Positions 9,791-19,130 of a stretch of 57,072 nt of DNA are shown piece after piece. The stretch comes from an uncultured Treponema sp. Its GTDB lineage: Bacteria; Spirochaetota; Spirochaetia; Treponematales; Treponemataceae. The notes under the pieces are model-generated. The model saw only the letters and a program-made list of their open reading frames with translations, was not told the origin of the DNA and searched no databases. A program made the translations under genes and the position numbers. The stretch lies in NCBI GenBank assembly GCA_945868875.1, contig CAMBMW010000001.1, forward strand, positions 1 to 57,072, in the 5' to 3' direction. Each line of letters opens with the position of its first letter. Position 1 is the first letter of the stretch.

Positions 9791-10072
9791 ATGAAAAAGT
9801 ATGAACTTATGGCTATTTATCCACTTGAGGATGAAAAAGCTAAAAAAGGTGCAGAAGATTTGAAAAATGCACTTTCTACTTTCGGTGCAGAAATTGTAGA
9901 AGAAAAACCATTCGGTGATCGTGATCTTACTTACGAAATCAAAAAACACAAAAAAGGACGCTTTGTTCTTTACACATTAAAGTGCAATCCTTCAAAAATT
10001 GTTGAAATTGAAAAAAATTTCAAAATCAATATGAATCTTTTGAAAACTCAGTTCGTTAGAATCGACGAATAG
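9791..10072 (+). CDS. rpsF: 30S ribosomal protein S6
   Basis: MKKYELM..., FGDRDLTYEIKK; first gene of rpsF-ssb-rpsR. Confidence 0.96.
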   Translation: MKKYELMAIYPLEDEKAKKGAEDLKNALSTFGAEIVEEKPFGDRDLTYEIKKHKKGRFVLYTLKCNPSKIVEIEKNFKINMNLLKTQFVRIDE

Positions 10073-10116
10073 TTTGATTTTTCACTGAAGTTTTAGATTA
10101 AATTATAGGAGTTTTT

Positions 10117-10596
10117 ATGACAGACTTAAATCATGTTGTTCTTATTGGTCGTCTTACTCAAGACCTTGGCTCTGATGAAAGAAGTTTTGGTTATACAAAT
10201 GGTGGCCAGGCTAGGGCAAATGTGAGTATTGCTGTTAATAGAAACAAAAAAAATGGTGAACAGTGGATTGAAGAGGTTAATTATTTTAATGTAACAATCT
10301 GGGGTAAAACCGCTGAAAACCTAAAACCATATCTTACAAAGGGAAAACAGATTTGTGTTGAAGGACATTTAAAACAGGATAGATGGGAAAAAGATGGACA
10401 GAAACAAAGTAGAATTTCAATTGTAGCAGATTCTGTTCAATTACTTGGTGGAAGAAGTGAAAACAGTCAGTCGGCTGGGGGTGCATCAAGATTTCAACCA
10501 GTTAATAATCCTAATCAGAATTCTGGATATTCAAATTATCAGAGTGAACCATATGGTGACACAGGAAATGATTTCCCTGAAGATATACCATTCTAA
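10117..10596 (+). CDS. ssb: Single-stranded DNA-binding protein
   Basis: LNHVVLIGRL OB fold start; C-terminal EDIPF. Confidence 0.97.
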   Translation: MTDLNHVVLIGRLTQDLGSDERSFGYTNGGQARANVSIAVNRNKKNGEQWIEEVNYFNVTIWGKTAENLKPYLTKGKQICVEGHLKQDRWEKDGQKQSRISIVADSVQLLGGRSENSQSAGGASRFQPVNNPNQNSGYSNYQSEPYGDTGNDFPEDIPF

Positions 10597-10619
10597 TTAA
10601 GACAAAAGAGGTATAAACT

Positions 10620-10937
10620 ATGTCAGAAGAAAATAAAGAAATGGAAAAACAGGTTCAGGATGCAGTTGTTGATACATCAGCTTCTGAAGGACGTGAAGAA
10701 GATCGTGATGGACGTGCAAAAGGAAAAACATATTTCCGCAAAAAGATTTGCCGTTTCTGTGCTAACAAATCAAAAATCGATTACAAAGATGCTGACAATC
10801 TTCGTCGTTACATGACAGAACGTGGAAAAATTCTTCCACGACGCATGACTGGTACTTGTGCAAAACATCAGCGTGAAGTTGCAAAAGCAATTAAACGTGC
10901 ACGTACAATCAGTCTGCTTCCATTCGTTGCAGACTAA
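10620..10937 (+). CDS. rpsR: 30S ribosomal protein S18 (Zn-ribbon form)
   Basis: CRFC...IDYKD...[17 protein letters not shown]. Confidence 0.97.
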   Translation: MSEENKEMEKQVQDAVVDTSASEGREEDRDGRAKGKTYFRKKICRFCANKSKIDYKDADNLRRYMTERGKILPRRMTGTCAKHQREVAKAIKRARTISLLPFVAD

Positions 10938-11014
10938 TTTAAGCCGATTTTCGGCTATTACAATAAGTTTTCTCATACTCCGAGAAAACAGATGAATATT
11001 TCAGGAGCTTGAAA

Positions 11015-11545
11015 ATGAAAGTTATTCTTAATGTAGATGTTAAATCACTTGGTGAAGAAGGTGATGTAAAAAACGTTGCAAATGGTTATGCACGCAACTT
11101 CCTTTTGCCTAGAAATCTTGCTGTTCCTTACAATGAAGCAACTGTAGCAATTTTTGAAGAAAGAAAAGCAGAAATCGAAGCACGTAAAGAATTAAAGAGA
11201 AAGAATTCTGCAAGTTTGAAAGAAAAACTTGAATCAACAACACTTGAATTGGTTATGCCAGCTGCTGCTAACGGAAAATTGTATGCTGCTGTTACTTCAC
11301 ATGTGGTTGTTGAAGGTCTTGCAAAACTTGGTTTTGAAATTGAACGCAAAAAAGTTGAAATTCCAGGTTCATCAATCAAGACTGTAGGAAACTTCAAAGC
11401 AACTGTAAAACTTTACGAATCACAGGTTGCTGAACTTAACGTTTCTGTAGTTGCTCAAACAGTTGAAGGTGAAGCTAAAGCAGAACCTGCAAAAGCAAAA
11501 AAAGAAACTAAAGAAGAAGCAAAAGTTGAAGAAAAAACTGAATAG
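11015..11545 (+). CDS. rplI: 50S ribosomal protein L9
   Basis: MKVIL..DV..LG..GDV..VANGYARNFLLP; AGGAG RBS before ATG 11015. Confidence 0.97.
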   Translation: MKVILNVDVKSLGEEGDVKNVANGYARNFLLPRNLAVPYNEATVAIFEERKAEIEARKELKRKNSASLKEKLESTTLELVMPAAANGKLYAAVTSHVVVEGLAKLGFEIERKKVEIPGSSIKTVGNFKATVKLYESQVAELNVSVVAQTVEGEAKAEPAKAKKETKEEAKVEEKTE

Positions 11546-11565
11546 TTTTCAATAGTTTTTTTATG

Positions 11566-11602
11566 AAAGGGACGGTTTTTAATCATGCCGTCTCTTTTTT
11601 TT
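11566..11602 (+). terminator. Intrinsic terminator after rplI
   Basis: AAAGGGACGGT/GCCGTCTCTTT stem followed by T tract. Confidence 0.8.
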
Positions 11603-11666
11603 TCGCTTTTCAAAATTCATATTATTGATTTAATTTGTTATTCTAAGAAAGTATAAAAGGGGTATT

Positions 11667-12989
11667 ATGGATCAGAATATTTTAAAGGATACAGTTCCTC
11701 CAAAAAATATTGAAGCAGAACAGGCTGTTTTGGGGGCTTTACTTTTGAATTGGAGTGAAGCAATTGCTGATGTTGTATCTTATTTACGTCCTGACAGATT
11801 TTATTCAGTACAAAATCAGGTAATTTTTGATGCAATGCTAAAACTTTACAATCTGAATAAAACATGCGATTCAATTACTCTTGTAAACCAGCTGACAATT
11901 GACAATAATCTTGAAAAGGCTGGGGGAGCTGCTTATATTGCATCATTAACAGATACAGTTCCTTCTTCTGCAAATATCGATTACTATGCAAATATTGTGA
12001 TGGATAGGGCAGCCCGACGAGATTTGATAAAAGTATCAGCAGAAATTAAATCATCAGCATTTGATTTGCAAAAAGAAAGCAACAGATTGCTTGATTTTGC
12101 CGAACAGCAGATATTTTCACTGGCTGAACGTAATGAAACTTCAAAAATTTATGATGCAAAAGTCATTATGATGAAAGAGATTGAGCTTGTGCAAGCCAGA
12201 TGTGATAGTAAAAACCAGTTTACTGGCATTCCAACAGGACTTCCAAAACTTGACATATATACATCTGGATTTCAGAATTCTGAATTGATTATTATCGGGG
12301 CAAGACCTTCAATCGGTAAAACAGCTTTGGCATTATCAATGATTCAGCATATTGCCTGCGAAAAGAAAATTTCTTGTGGATTTTTTTCACTGGAAATGCC
12401 GTATGAATCAATTGGTATGCGCCTTTTAGCACAAGAAGCAAGGGTTTCAATGCAGAGAATTCGTTCAGGAATGTTAAGGACGGAAGATATAAAAAAAGTT
12501 CAGGATGCAGCCGGAAGATGGTTTCATGCACCGCTTTATGTAGTAGACACTCCAAATATGCGTCTTCTTGATTTAAAAGCTATGGCAAGACGAATGGTAA
12601 TGAATCAAGGTGTAAAAATAATATTTATTGACTATATCGGTTTGATTACAACAGAAGATCCGACTGCTCCTGTTTTTGAACAAGTTTCTGAAATATCTAA
12701 ATCATTAAAAGCTTTGGCACGTGAACTTGCAATTCCAATTGTAGCACTTTGTCAAGTTGCTAGAGATGCAGAAGGTCAAAAACCAAATCTTGCACAGCTA
12801 CGAGGTTCTGGTTCCATTGAACAGGATGCTGATGTTGTAATGTTTTTGCATAGAGACCGTTTAAAAGAAGAGGTTGCAGCTCAAGATGCAGAAATTATTC
12901 TTGCAAAACAACGAAACGGTGCCACAGGAGATATTCCAATCATCTTTTTACCGACCTACAGCAAATTTGAAGGTAAAGCTGAGGAATAA
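11667..12989 (+). CDS. dnaB: Replicative DNA helicase
   Basis: PP.NIEAEQAVLGA, GARPSIGKT, IDYIGL, LRGSGSIEQDAD, KQRNG. Confidence 0.97.
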   Translation: MDQNILKDTVPPKNIEAEQAVLGALLLNWSEAIADVVSYLRPDRFYSVQNQVIFDAMLKLYNLNKTCDSITLVNQLTIDNNLEKAGGAAYIASLTDTVPSSANIDYYANIVMDRAARRDLIKVSAEIKSSAFDLQKESNRLLDFAEQQIFSLAERNETSKIYDAKVIMMKEIELVQARCDSKNQFTGIPTGLPKLDIYTSGFQNSELIIIGARPSIGKTALALSMIQHIACEKKISCGFFSLEMPYESIGMRLLAQEARVSMQRIRSGMLRTEDIKKVQDAAGRWFHAPLYVVDTPNMRLLDLKAMARRMVMNQGVKIIFIDYIGLITTEDPTAPVFEQVSEISKSLKALARELAIPIVALCQVARDAEGQKPNLAQLRGSGSIEQDADVVMFLHRDRLKEEVAAQDAEIILAKQRNGATGDIPIIFLPTYSKFEGKAEE

Positions 12990-13048
12990 AAAAAAAGCGT
13001 TTTATAAAAAAACTAAATAACCAGGCAATTTATAAAAACGCTTTTTTT
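12990..13048. terminator. Bidirectional terminator between dnaB and P83/100
   Basis: AAAAAAAGCGTTTTATAAA ... TTTATAAAAACGCTTTTTTT inverted repeat. Confidence 0.75.
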
Positions 13049-13060
13049 ATTATATATTTA

Positions 13061-14704
13061 TTATTTTCCAGTCTGTTCCTGTAAAGTTTCTTTATCAAGA
13101 AGCGAGAGTGAGCCGTTTGCATTTGTAACCACTATTGAAGATTGTGTAATAGTGATTGGTGTGCAGCTTAAAACTTGAATTTGAGATTTTTGTTTAAGCG
13201 ATAAATCATTTGCAAACTTTGCCACAAAGAATTTGCCATTTTCATCTGTAACACAGTAGTATTCATCATTTTCTTGAACTAAAACAGAAGCGGCTGCAAT
13301 TTTATAATCTGATTCTTTTGTGATTTCCATTGACTCTTTGTCTATTGTAACAAGTTTAATGGTACCATTTGCATTTTCTTCACCACAAATTGCAATATAA
13401 TTTTCATTTGAATCAAAAATAGTTCTGTTTCGAATAACATTCACTGGCGAACTTTTGATGATTTCTCCAGTTTCTTTATTGAATCTGACGAGTTTTGAAA
13501 GATATTGATTTTCATCAGTAATCACAATTGCATAATCAACCGGCATTTTAGCTTGTTCTGCTTGTTTTTGAGCAATTTCTTTCTGGTCTTTTGCAATGTC
13601 TTTTCTTTCATTTTGAGCTTCTGTCTGTTTTTTATCTGCTACAGCTTGCTGATTTTTTGCTTCTTCTTTTGCTGCTTGAGCTTTTTCTTCCTGTTCAGCT
13701 TGTTTTTGTTCCTGATTTTCTAGTTTCTGTTGTTTTTCTTCAGCTTCTTTTTGAGCATCATCTGCTTTTTTTTGGGCTTCCTCGGCTTCTTGTTGTGCCT
13801 TTTTATTTTCAGGATTCTCTTCCGCTATTTTCTGTTTTTCTTCAGCTTCTTTTTGAGCCAGTTCAGCTTCTTTTTGAGCCAGTTCTGCTTCTTTTTTTAC
13901 TTCCTGTGTTTTATTCTTTTCTTCATTTAGTTTTTTTTGTTCTTCTACAGCTGTTTTTTGAGCATTCTGAGCTTTATCCTGAGCATTCTCAGCTTCTCTT
14001 TCTTTTATATCGACCATATTTTTTCTAGCTTCAACATTTTTATCATCATCTTCTTTCATTGAAGTTACTACTTTTGTATCACTTATAACAGAGGTGTCAA
14101 CAGTTGAAATGTCAGAACTAGTTACATCAAAAAGCGGAATGACAATCTGAGAATTTCCAGGCCAGTCTTTATAATTTACTGAAAGACCACAGTTTTCCTG
14201 CGCTAGATTTTGAATCACAATATCTTTATATTTTGATTTAAAAGAATCAAGATCACTTCGATAAACTGCATTGTAGACTGTAATGAAAACGGCAAGTGTA
14301 TCAGCATCTTCCTGGGAATAATTATAAGCCGCAGATAAATATGCAGAAATTATTCGTCTGACATTAGTTATGTGATCTACTGTTGCATCTTTTCCAATCA
14401 GAATTATATCTGCATCAAGTTTATCTTTTTGAGAAGAATCTACAGCATGAATAACTGAATAACGATTTAAATCTCCGTTTTTTTGAAATTCAGTAAGTTT
14501 TTGGGGAATATTTTGAGCAAGATTTGAACCTATTCCTTTGATTGCTTCAATAGAATCGATTTTTTTATGAGGACCCGTGTAGTTTATGAATTCGATTGTT
14601 GAATTATTTGAAATGCTCTGAAGTTCCTTTTTTGAAACTTCAAGAGAATGAACTTGTAAAATAATAAAAAATAAAACTGTAATTAAAAATAAAATCTTTT
14701 TCAT
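13061..14704 (-). CDS. P83/100 family spirochete antigen
   Basis: Signal peptide; IEFINYTGPH, LDADI, VDHI.N.RRI, ITVYNAVYR motifs as I recall them for P83/100; Q/E/K-rich coiled coil. Confidence 0.85.
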   Translation of the reverse strand: MKKILFLITVLFFIILQVHSLEVSKKELQSISNNSTIEFINYTGPHKKIDSIEAIKGIGSNLAQNIPQKLTEFQKNGDLNRYSVIHAVDSSQKDKLDADIILIGKDATVDHITNVRRIISAYLSAAYNYSQEDADTLAVFITVYNAVYRSDLDSFKSKYKDIVIQNLAQENCGLSVNYKDWPGNSQIVIPLFDVTSSDISTVDTSVISDTKVVTSMKEDDDKNVEARKNMVDIKEREAENAQDKAQNAQKTAVEEQKKLNEEKNKTQEVKKEAELAQKEAELAQKEAEEKQKIAEENPENKKAQQEAEEAQKKADDAQKEAEEKQQKLENQEQKQAEQEEKAQAAKEEAKNQQAVADKKQTEAQNERKDIAKDQKEIAQKQAEQAKMPVDYAIVITDENQYLSKLVRFNKETGEIIKSSPVNVIRNRTIFDSNENYIAICGEENANGTIKLVTIDKESMEITKESDYKIAAASVLVQENDEYYCVTDENGKFFVAKFANDLSLKQKSQIQVLSCTPITITQSSIVVTNANGSLSLLDKETLQEQTGK

Positions 14705-14793
14705 AAAATCCTCTTGTTATGCAGATTTTGAAAGTAATTAAATTAATTTTAACATACTTTATGTTTTTTTTCCATAAAAAAAGTGAAAATCAT

Positions 14794-15010
14794 CAGGGCA
14801 AACGCATTATAAAAAATATTTTCATAAAAGTTGGCGCGAGGGAGTGAGACACAGGGCAAAAAGACTTTTTTTGGGGCTGCCGCGAGAGCGGCATTATAAT
14901 AGTTTCTATACCCCAAAAAACGTCTAGCGCATTATTGCGCGTTTTTGACCTGTGAATCACGACCGGGAGCCAGATATTACAACTAATCATTTTATAATGC
15001 GTTTGCCCTA
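14794..15010. mobile_element. MITE-like element (217 bp) with ISAs1-type ends
   Basis: 20-bp perfect inverted repeat AGGGCAAACGCATTATAAAA / TTTTATAATGCGTTTGCCCT; perfect 10-bp direct repeat TGAAAATCAT at 14784-14793 and 15011-15020; GC-richer nested stem-loops; no transposase. Confidence 0.88.
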
Positions 15011-15016
15011 TGAAAA

Positions 15017-16861
15017 TCATAAGCCAAGTTCCAGAATCCTTTTGAGTGTATTTCTTGCATAATCACGATTTGTGGAAGAATATTGCGGATACATAAAGTT
15101 TTTGAGAATTTGTTTGCCTTTGGAGTTATAGGCTGGTCTTCCTTGAAAAACGCAAATAGAATAAACACTGTCGCAGATGAGATTAATTATAGTTGTATCT
15201 TTGGAAGTAACTCTTTGTGAAAGTTTTTCTAAGGCTTGTAAAAGTTTCTGGTCAGGGTCATAACCATTCTTACAAATTCCAAATAGAATTGCCATAATAA
15301 ATGACTTATTTGTTTCACTATTTAAAATATCAGCGGCCAGATTTTGAGTTTCCTTATTTGAAAACAAAAGTAGTTGGGTCAAAATGGATTCAAATCCTTT
15401 CGCATCATTTTGAAAAATTGTGGGTTCGGTTCTTGTTCCAAAATTTGATTGATTTTGTACTTTTTTATATTGATTTACAATGGAAATGATTTGAGAAAGC
15501 CAGTGCTGTTCGGAATCAGAATAATCTCCCGTTAACAATTTTTCAATTCGCTGTGGATTTGTGATTTCATCAGAAAAATTTTGAGAAAACTGTACATCAA
15601 ACTGATTGTCTTTTATGTCAAGAAATGAAGCATAGGGAATTGAATCAATGTTATAATCACTTGAAAACTGTTTTTTTGATGAAACTGAACTTTGATTTGT
15701 CAGATTTTGTTTTGAAAAAAGATGATATGAATCGATGCTCCAGTCATCATAAAAAAATATTAGATAATTTGAATCTGTAAAAAGTTTAAACAAAATTTTT
15801 TTATTCTGCGGATTTTTCGCATTATAAATAAGTTTTCCCTCCGGTGAAAAAACAATTGTTGATAGATTGTCTGAAACAAGGATATTTTGATTTTGAATCT
15901 CTATTAAATCAATTTTGTCTGGATTTATAAGTTTTGTTTCAATTTTTTTTTGGATTTTTCCATTTATTTGTGAAAGAAAATTTATGACAAGTGTTTTGTT
16001 CTGATTTTTCTGAAACTGAAGGAGATAATCAGTTTGTTCTGATAAATCTGTTTCCAAATTAAATGTCTGCATAGACAAATCTGTTTTGACAGCCCATTTG
16101 TTTTTAGCATAACCATTTTCCAAAGAGAATAAACCTGTGGTGTTATCATTAAAAAGTAAAAAAATACCGTATTCGCCTGAAAAAGTTTTTGAAATATTTC
16201 CGGCAAATGTGATTTCTTCTATTTTTGTTCCGTAAGGTGATAAGCGAATTCCTTTTGTTTTACCATCAACTTCCTCCAAAAAAACAACAAAAGAACCATC
16301 TGGTAAAGTTTTGGGTAAAAGACTTTGTTTTACAAAATGTTTTGTTTTTATATTCCATTTTTGGATTCCGTTGATGCCGTAACAATTGATATTGTCTTTC
16401 TGAATTATAAAAAATCTTCCATCTTTTCCAGACAATACTTGCCAGAAAGAATTATCTACTGATAATGACCAAATCTGAAGTCCTGTGGGGTTTAGTAATG
16501 TAATTGTTTGATTTTGAAAGTCTGAAATGAGTAAAAAATCATCATAAAGGCAAGTAATTGAAATGTTTTTTGATTTTTTTATTGTTTTTTCCCAAATCAA
16601 CGTGCCTTCCTGAGAAAAAGCAGAAATCGTTTTTGCATCTGTAGCGACACAAAATCCATAGTTTGTAGAAACTGGAGCTGAAACAGGTGTGCCAGTGAGA
16701 ACTGTAGTCCAGCTTGTATTGAGATTTGTAAGTTTTTCAGGTATCTGACAAAAAAGTTTTGCCGGGTTTATGAAAATCAAAATCAGCAGCAAAACAAAAA
16801 TGTTTGGCTCAAAGAGATTTTTGTGTCTGTAATGAAAATTTGGTTTGGTAAAAAAACTCAT
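15017..16861 (-). CDS. Hypothetical protein with PQQ-like beta-propeller N-terminus and helical C-terminus
   Basis: Repeated G...W motifs (EGTLIWE, TGLQIWS, NGIQKWN); hydrophobic N-terminus; exact start uncertain. Confidence 0.7.
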   Translation of the reverse strand: MSFFTKPNFHYRHKNLFEPNIFVLLLILIFINPAKLFCQIPEKLTNLNTSWTTVLTGTPVSAPVSTNYGFCVATDAKTISAFSQEGTLIWEKTIKKSKNISITCLYDDFLLISDFQNQTITLLNPTGLQIWSLSVDNSFWQVLSGKDGRFFIIQKDNINCYGINGIQKWNIKTKHFVKQSLLPKTLPDGSFVVFLEEVDGKTKGIRLSPYGTKIEEITFAGNISKTFSGEYGIFLLFNDNTTGLFSLENGYAKNKWAVKTDLSMQTFNLETDLSEQTDYLLQFQKNQNKTLVINFLSQINGKIQKKIETKLINPDKIDLIEIQNQNILVSDNLSTIVFSPEGKLIYNAKNPQNKKILFKLFTDSNYLIFFYDDWSIDSYHLFSKQNLTNQSSVSSKKQFSSDYNIDSIPYASFLDIKDNQFDVQFSQNFSDEITNPQRIEKLLTGDYSDSEQHWLSQIISIVNQYKKVQNQSNFGTRTEPTIFQNDAKGFESILTQLLLFSNKETQNLAADILNSETNKSFIMAILFGICKNGYDPDQKLLQALEKLSQRVTSKDTTIINLICDSVYSICVFQGRPAYNSKGKQILKNFMYPQYSSTNRDYARNTLKRILELGL

Positions 16862-16865
16862 ATTA

Positions 16866-18068
16866 CTAATTTTGAAAAACAACAAGACTTTCTATATGGC
16901 TTGTGTTCGGGTAAAAATCTAGAAGATAGATTTTTTTTATTTTATATCCTGCTTCAATCAACTTTTTACAATCTCTTGCATGTGTAGAAGGATCGCAAGA
17001 AAGTGAAATAATCTGTTTGATATTTGAATTGCATAAATATTCGCAAACTTCGCTTTCCATTCCAGAACGTGGAGGGTCAATAACGCAGGCGTCAAAAGGC
17101 TGGCAGGTTGAAGCGCAGTTTTTAATCCAACTGGCACCGCTCATTCCAAAACTTGTGTGTTTTTTTCCAATAAGATTTTGTTCTGCATAAACTAATGCAT
17201 CTCTATTGTGTTCCACAAGAACAACATTTTCATATAAATCAGATAAAAATGCAGAGATTGAGCCGCAGCCAGCATACATATCAAGAATATTTTTTCCACC
17301 TTCAAGATTCTGCACTATGAGATTAAGAACTTTTGCGAAAACAAAAAGATTCGACTGAAAAAATCCCCTGACATCAAAAGAAATGTTTTTCCCGTTAAGT
17401 ATTACTGTAATCGAGTTTTCGGGAGAATAAACTGTGCCTGCAAAGTGAACATTTTTCTTTATTTTTTGTTTTCTGCCGTTTTTGATGTAACTGGTATTTT
17501 TTTCCTGAAAACTTTGTTTTTCCTGATAAATCATAACATTTTTTTCTGAAAATTCTGAGCCAAACAAAGGAATTCTACCTTTTGGTCTTTTATCAAAAGG
17601 AGTGTTTTTCAAATATTCGTTTATCTTTTTTTCTGCACAAAAGCATTGCTCAATTGGAATAATATTATTTGAAGAACGTTCGGAAAGTCCGCCATTATTT
17701 AATTGAAAACGGCAGCGATAATTATAGTTTTGCCCCGAAATAATTTCGATTTGATTTTGAACGTCAATTCCCTGCTGCAAAAATAAATCTGACAAAATCT
17801 GTGTTCGTAATTTTTTTTGAAAATCATAGTCAATGTGAAGCATATTGCATCCGCCACATTTTTTATAGTATTTGCAGGGAGGCTCAACTCTGTGTTTTGA
17901 AGGATTGATGATTGAAGTGATTTCTGCAACATCGTAATCTTTATAATTCTTTGTAATCTGCACTTCCAAAGTTTCCCCTGGAATTGCAAAAGGCACAAAA
18001 ACATTTTTTCCATCAATTTTTGCAAGAGAATTTCCACCAAAAACTATTTTTTCTGCTATAATTGTCAT
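16866..18068 (-). CDS. TRAM-domain RNA m5U methyltransferase (RlmD/TrmA-like)
   Basis: VFVPFAIPGE, CKYYKKCGGC Fe-S motif, FFQSN, DMYAGCG, DPPRSG, SCDPST.ARD. Confidence 0.9.
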   Translation of the reverse strand: MTIIAEKIVFGGNSLAKIDGKNVFVPFAIPGETLEVQITKNYKDYDVAEITSIINPSKHRVEPPCKYYKKCGGCNMLHIDYDFQKKLRTQILSDLFLQQGIDVQNQIEIISGQNYNYRCRFQLNNGGLSERSSNNIIPIEQCFCAEKKINEYLKNTPFDKRPKGRIPLFGSEFSEKNVMIYQEKQSFQEKNTSYIKNGRKQKIKKNVHFAGTVYSPENSITVILNGKNISFDVRGFFQSNLFVFAKVLNLIVQNLEGGKNILDMYAGCGSISAFLSDLYENVVLVEHNRDALVYAEQNLIGKKHTSFGMSGASWIKNCASTCQPFDACVIDPPRSGMESEVCEYLCNSNIKQIISLSCDPSTHARDCKKLIEAGYKIKKIYLLDFYPNTSHIESLVVFQN

Positions 18069-18074
18069 AGAATA

Positions 18075-18103
18075 AGTTTAACAAAATATGACAGATTGCT
18101 CAA
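18075..18103 (-). promoter_or_regulatory. Sigma70 promoter of TRAM methyltransferase (leaderless geometry)
   Basis: TTGAGC-17 nt-TAAACT with extended TG, 6 nt before ATG. Confidence 0.65.
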
Positions 18104-18166
18104 GAAAATACTGGAAAGTTGAGTTGTAATAGGTTATATTTAATAGAAATAAATCAGAGGTAGCTT

Positions 18167-19114
18167 ATGAAAATGAATAGTTTTTCTCTAAAAATGAATG
18201 ATGGATGTGAGATTTTTTTGAACAGATGGGAACCTGATACCCCGGAAGATATTAAAGGTGTTGTTCAACTGCATCATGGGCTTGCAGAACATTCTATGCG
18301 TTATGACAGACTGGGTTCTGTACTTACTGAAAACGGCTATGTTTTGAATGCTTATGATATGAGAGGTCACGGAAAAACTGCTGAAACTGCAATTGCAAAA
18401 GGTGAAGGTCTTTTTGGTCAGTTAGCAAGAAAAAATGGTTTTGAAACTGCTGTTGAAGATTTAGCTTTTATTATTGAATCGTTAAAAAAAGATTTTCCTG
18501 ATAAAAAAATTGTGCTGCTTGGTCATTCTTTTGGTTCATTCATTTCGCAAAGGTATATTGAAAAATATGGAACAAAAATAGACGGATGTATTTTGTGCGG
18601 AACTTCAGGTCCTCAGATTCCTCTTGCACCAGTTGGAAAAATAGTGGCGAAAATTGTTCGTGCATTTAAAGGTCCTGACGCTACTTCAAAATTTCTTACA
18701 AAACTTACTTTCGGTTCTTATAACAAACACATTCCAAATCCACAAACTGCTGATGACTGGATTTCTTTAAATGAATTGAACCGTCAAATCTATGCAATGG
18801 ATAAATGGTGCGGTTTCCCACTGACAGTTTCCTTTTTTGTAGATATTACTACAGCTTTGAGTACAATTCACAAAAAGAAAAATATGAAAGCAGTTCCTGC
18901 AGAACTTCCAGTTTTTTTCATTTATGGAAAAGAAGATCCTGTAGGTGGATACGGAAAAACAATTGAAAAACTGTATGACATATATCAGAAAAATGGTGTA
19001 AAAAATCTTCAGATTAAAGGTTATGAAAATGACCGTCACGAAATTTTCAATGAAGATGATAAAGAAACTGTTGAAAAAGATGTATTGCAGTGGCTTTCTG
19101 ATGTGTTCAAATAA
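18167..19114 (+). CDS. Alpha/beta hydrolase (lysophospholipase/Hydrolase_4 family)
   Basis: HGLAEH, DMRGHG, GHSFG nucleophile, EDPVG, RHEIFNE. Confidence 0.92.
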   Translation: MKMNSFSLKMNDGCEIFLNRWEPDTPEDIKGVVQLHHGLAEHSMRYDRLGSVLTENGYVLNAYDMRGHGKTAETAIAKGEGLFGQLARKNGFETAVEDLAFIIESLKKDFPDKKIVLLGHSFGSFISQRYIEKYGTKIDGCILCGTSGPQIPLAPVGKIVAKIVRAFKGPDATSKFLTKLTFGSYNKHIPNPQTADDWISLNELNRQIYAMDKWCGFPLTVSFFVDITTALSTIHKKKNMKAVPAELPVFFIYGKEDPVGGYGKTIEKLYDIYQKNGVKNLQIKGYENDRHEIFNEDDKETVEKDVLQWLSDVFK

Positions 19115-19130
19115 GTGATTTCGCCAGACT

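Noticed and set aside
14793-15020. 75-aa minus-strand ORF
   Set aside because: Coincides with the palindromic MITE, has no RBS and no recognisable motif; not a transposase.
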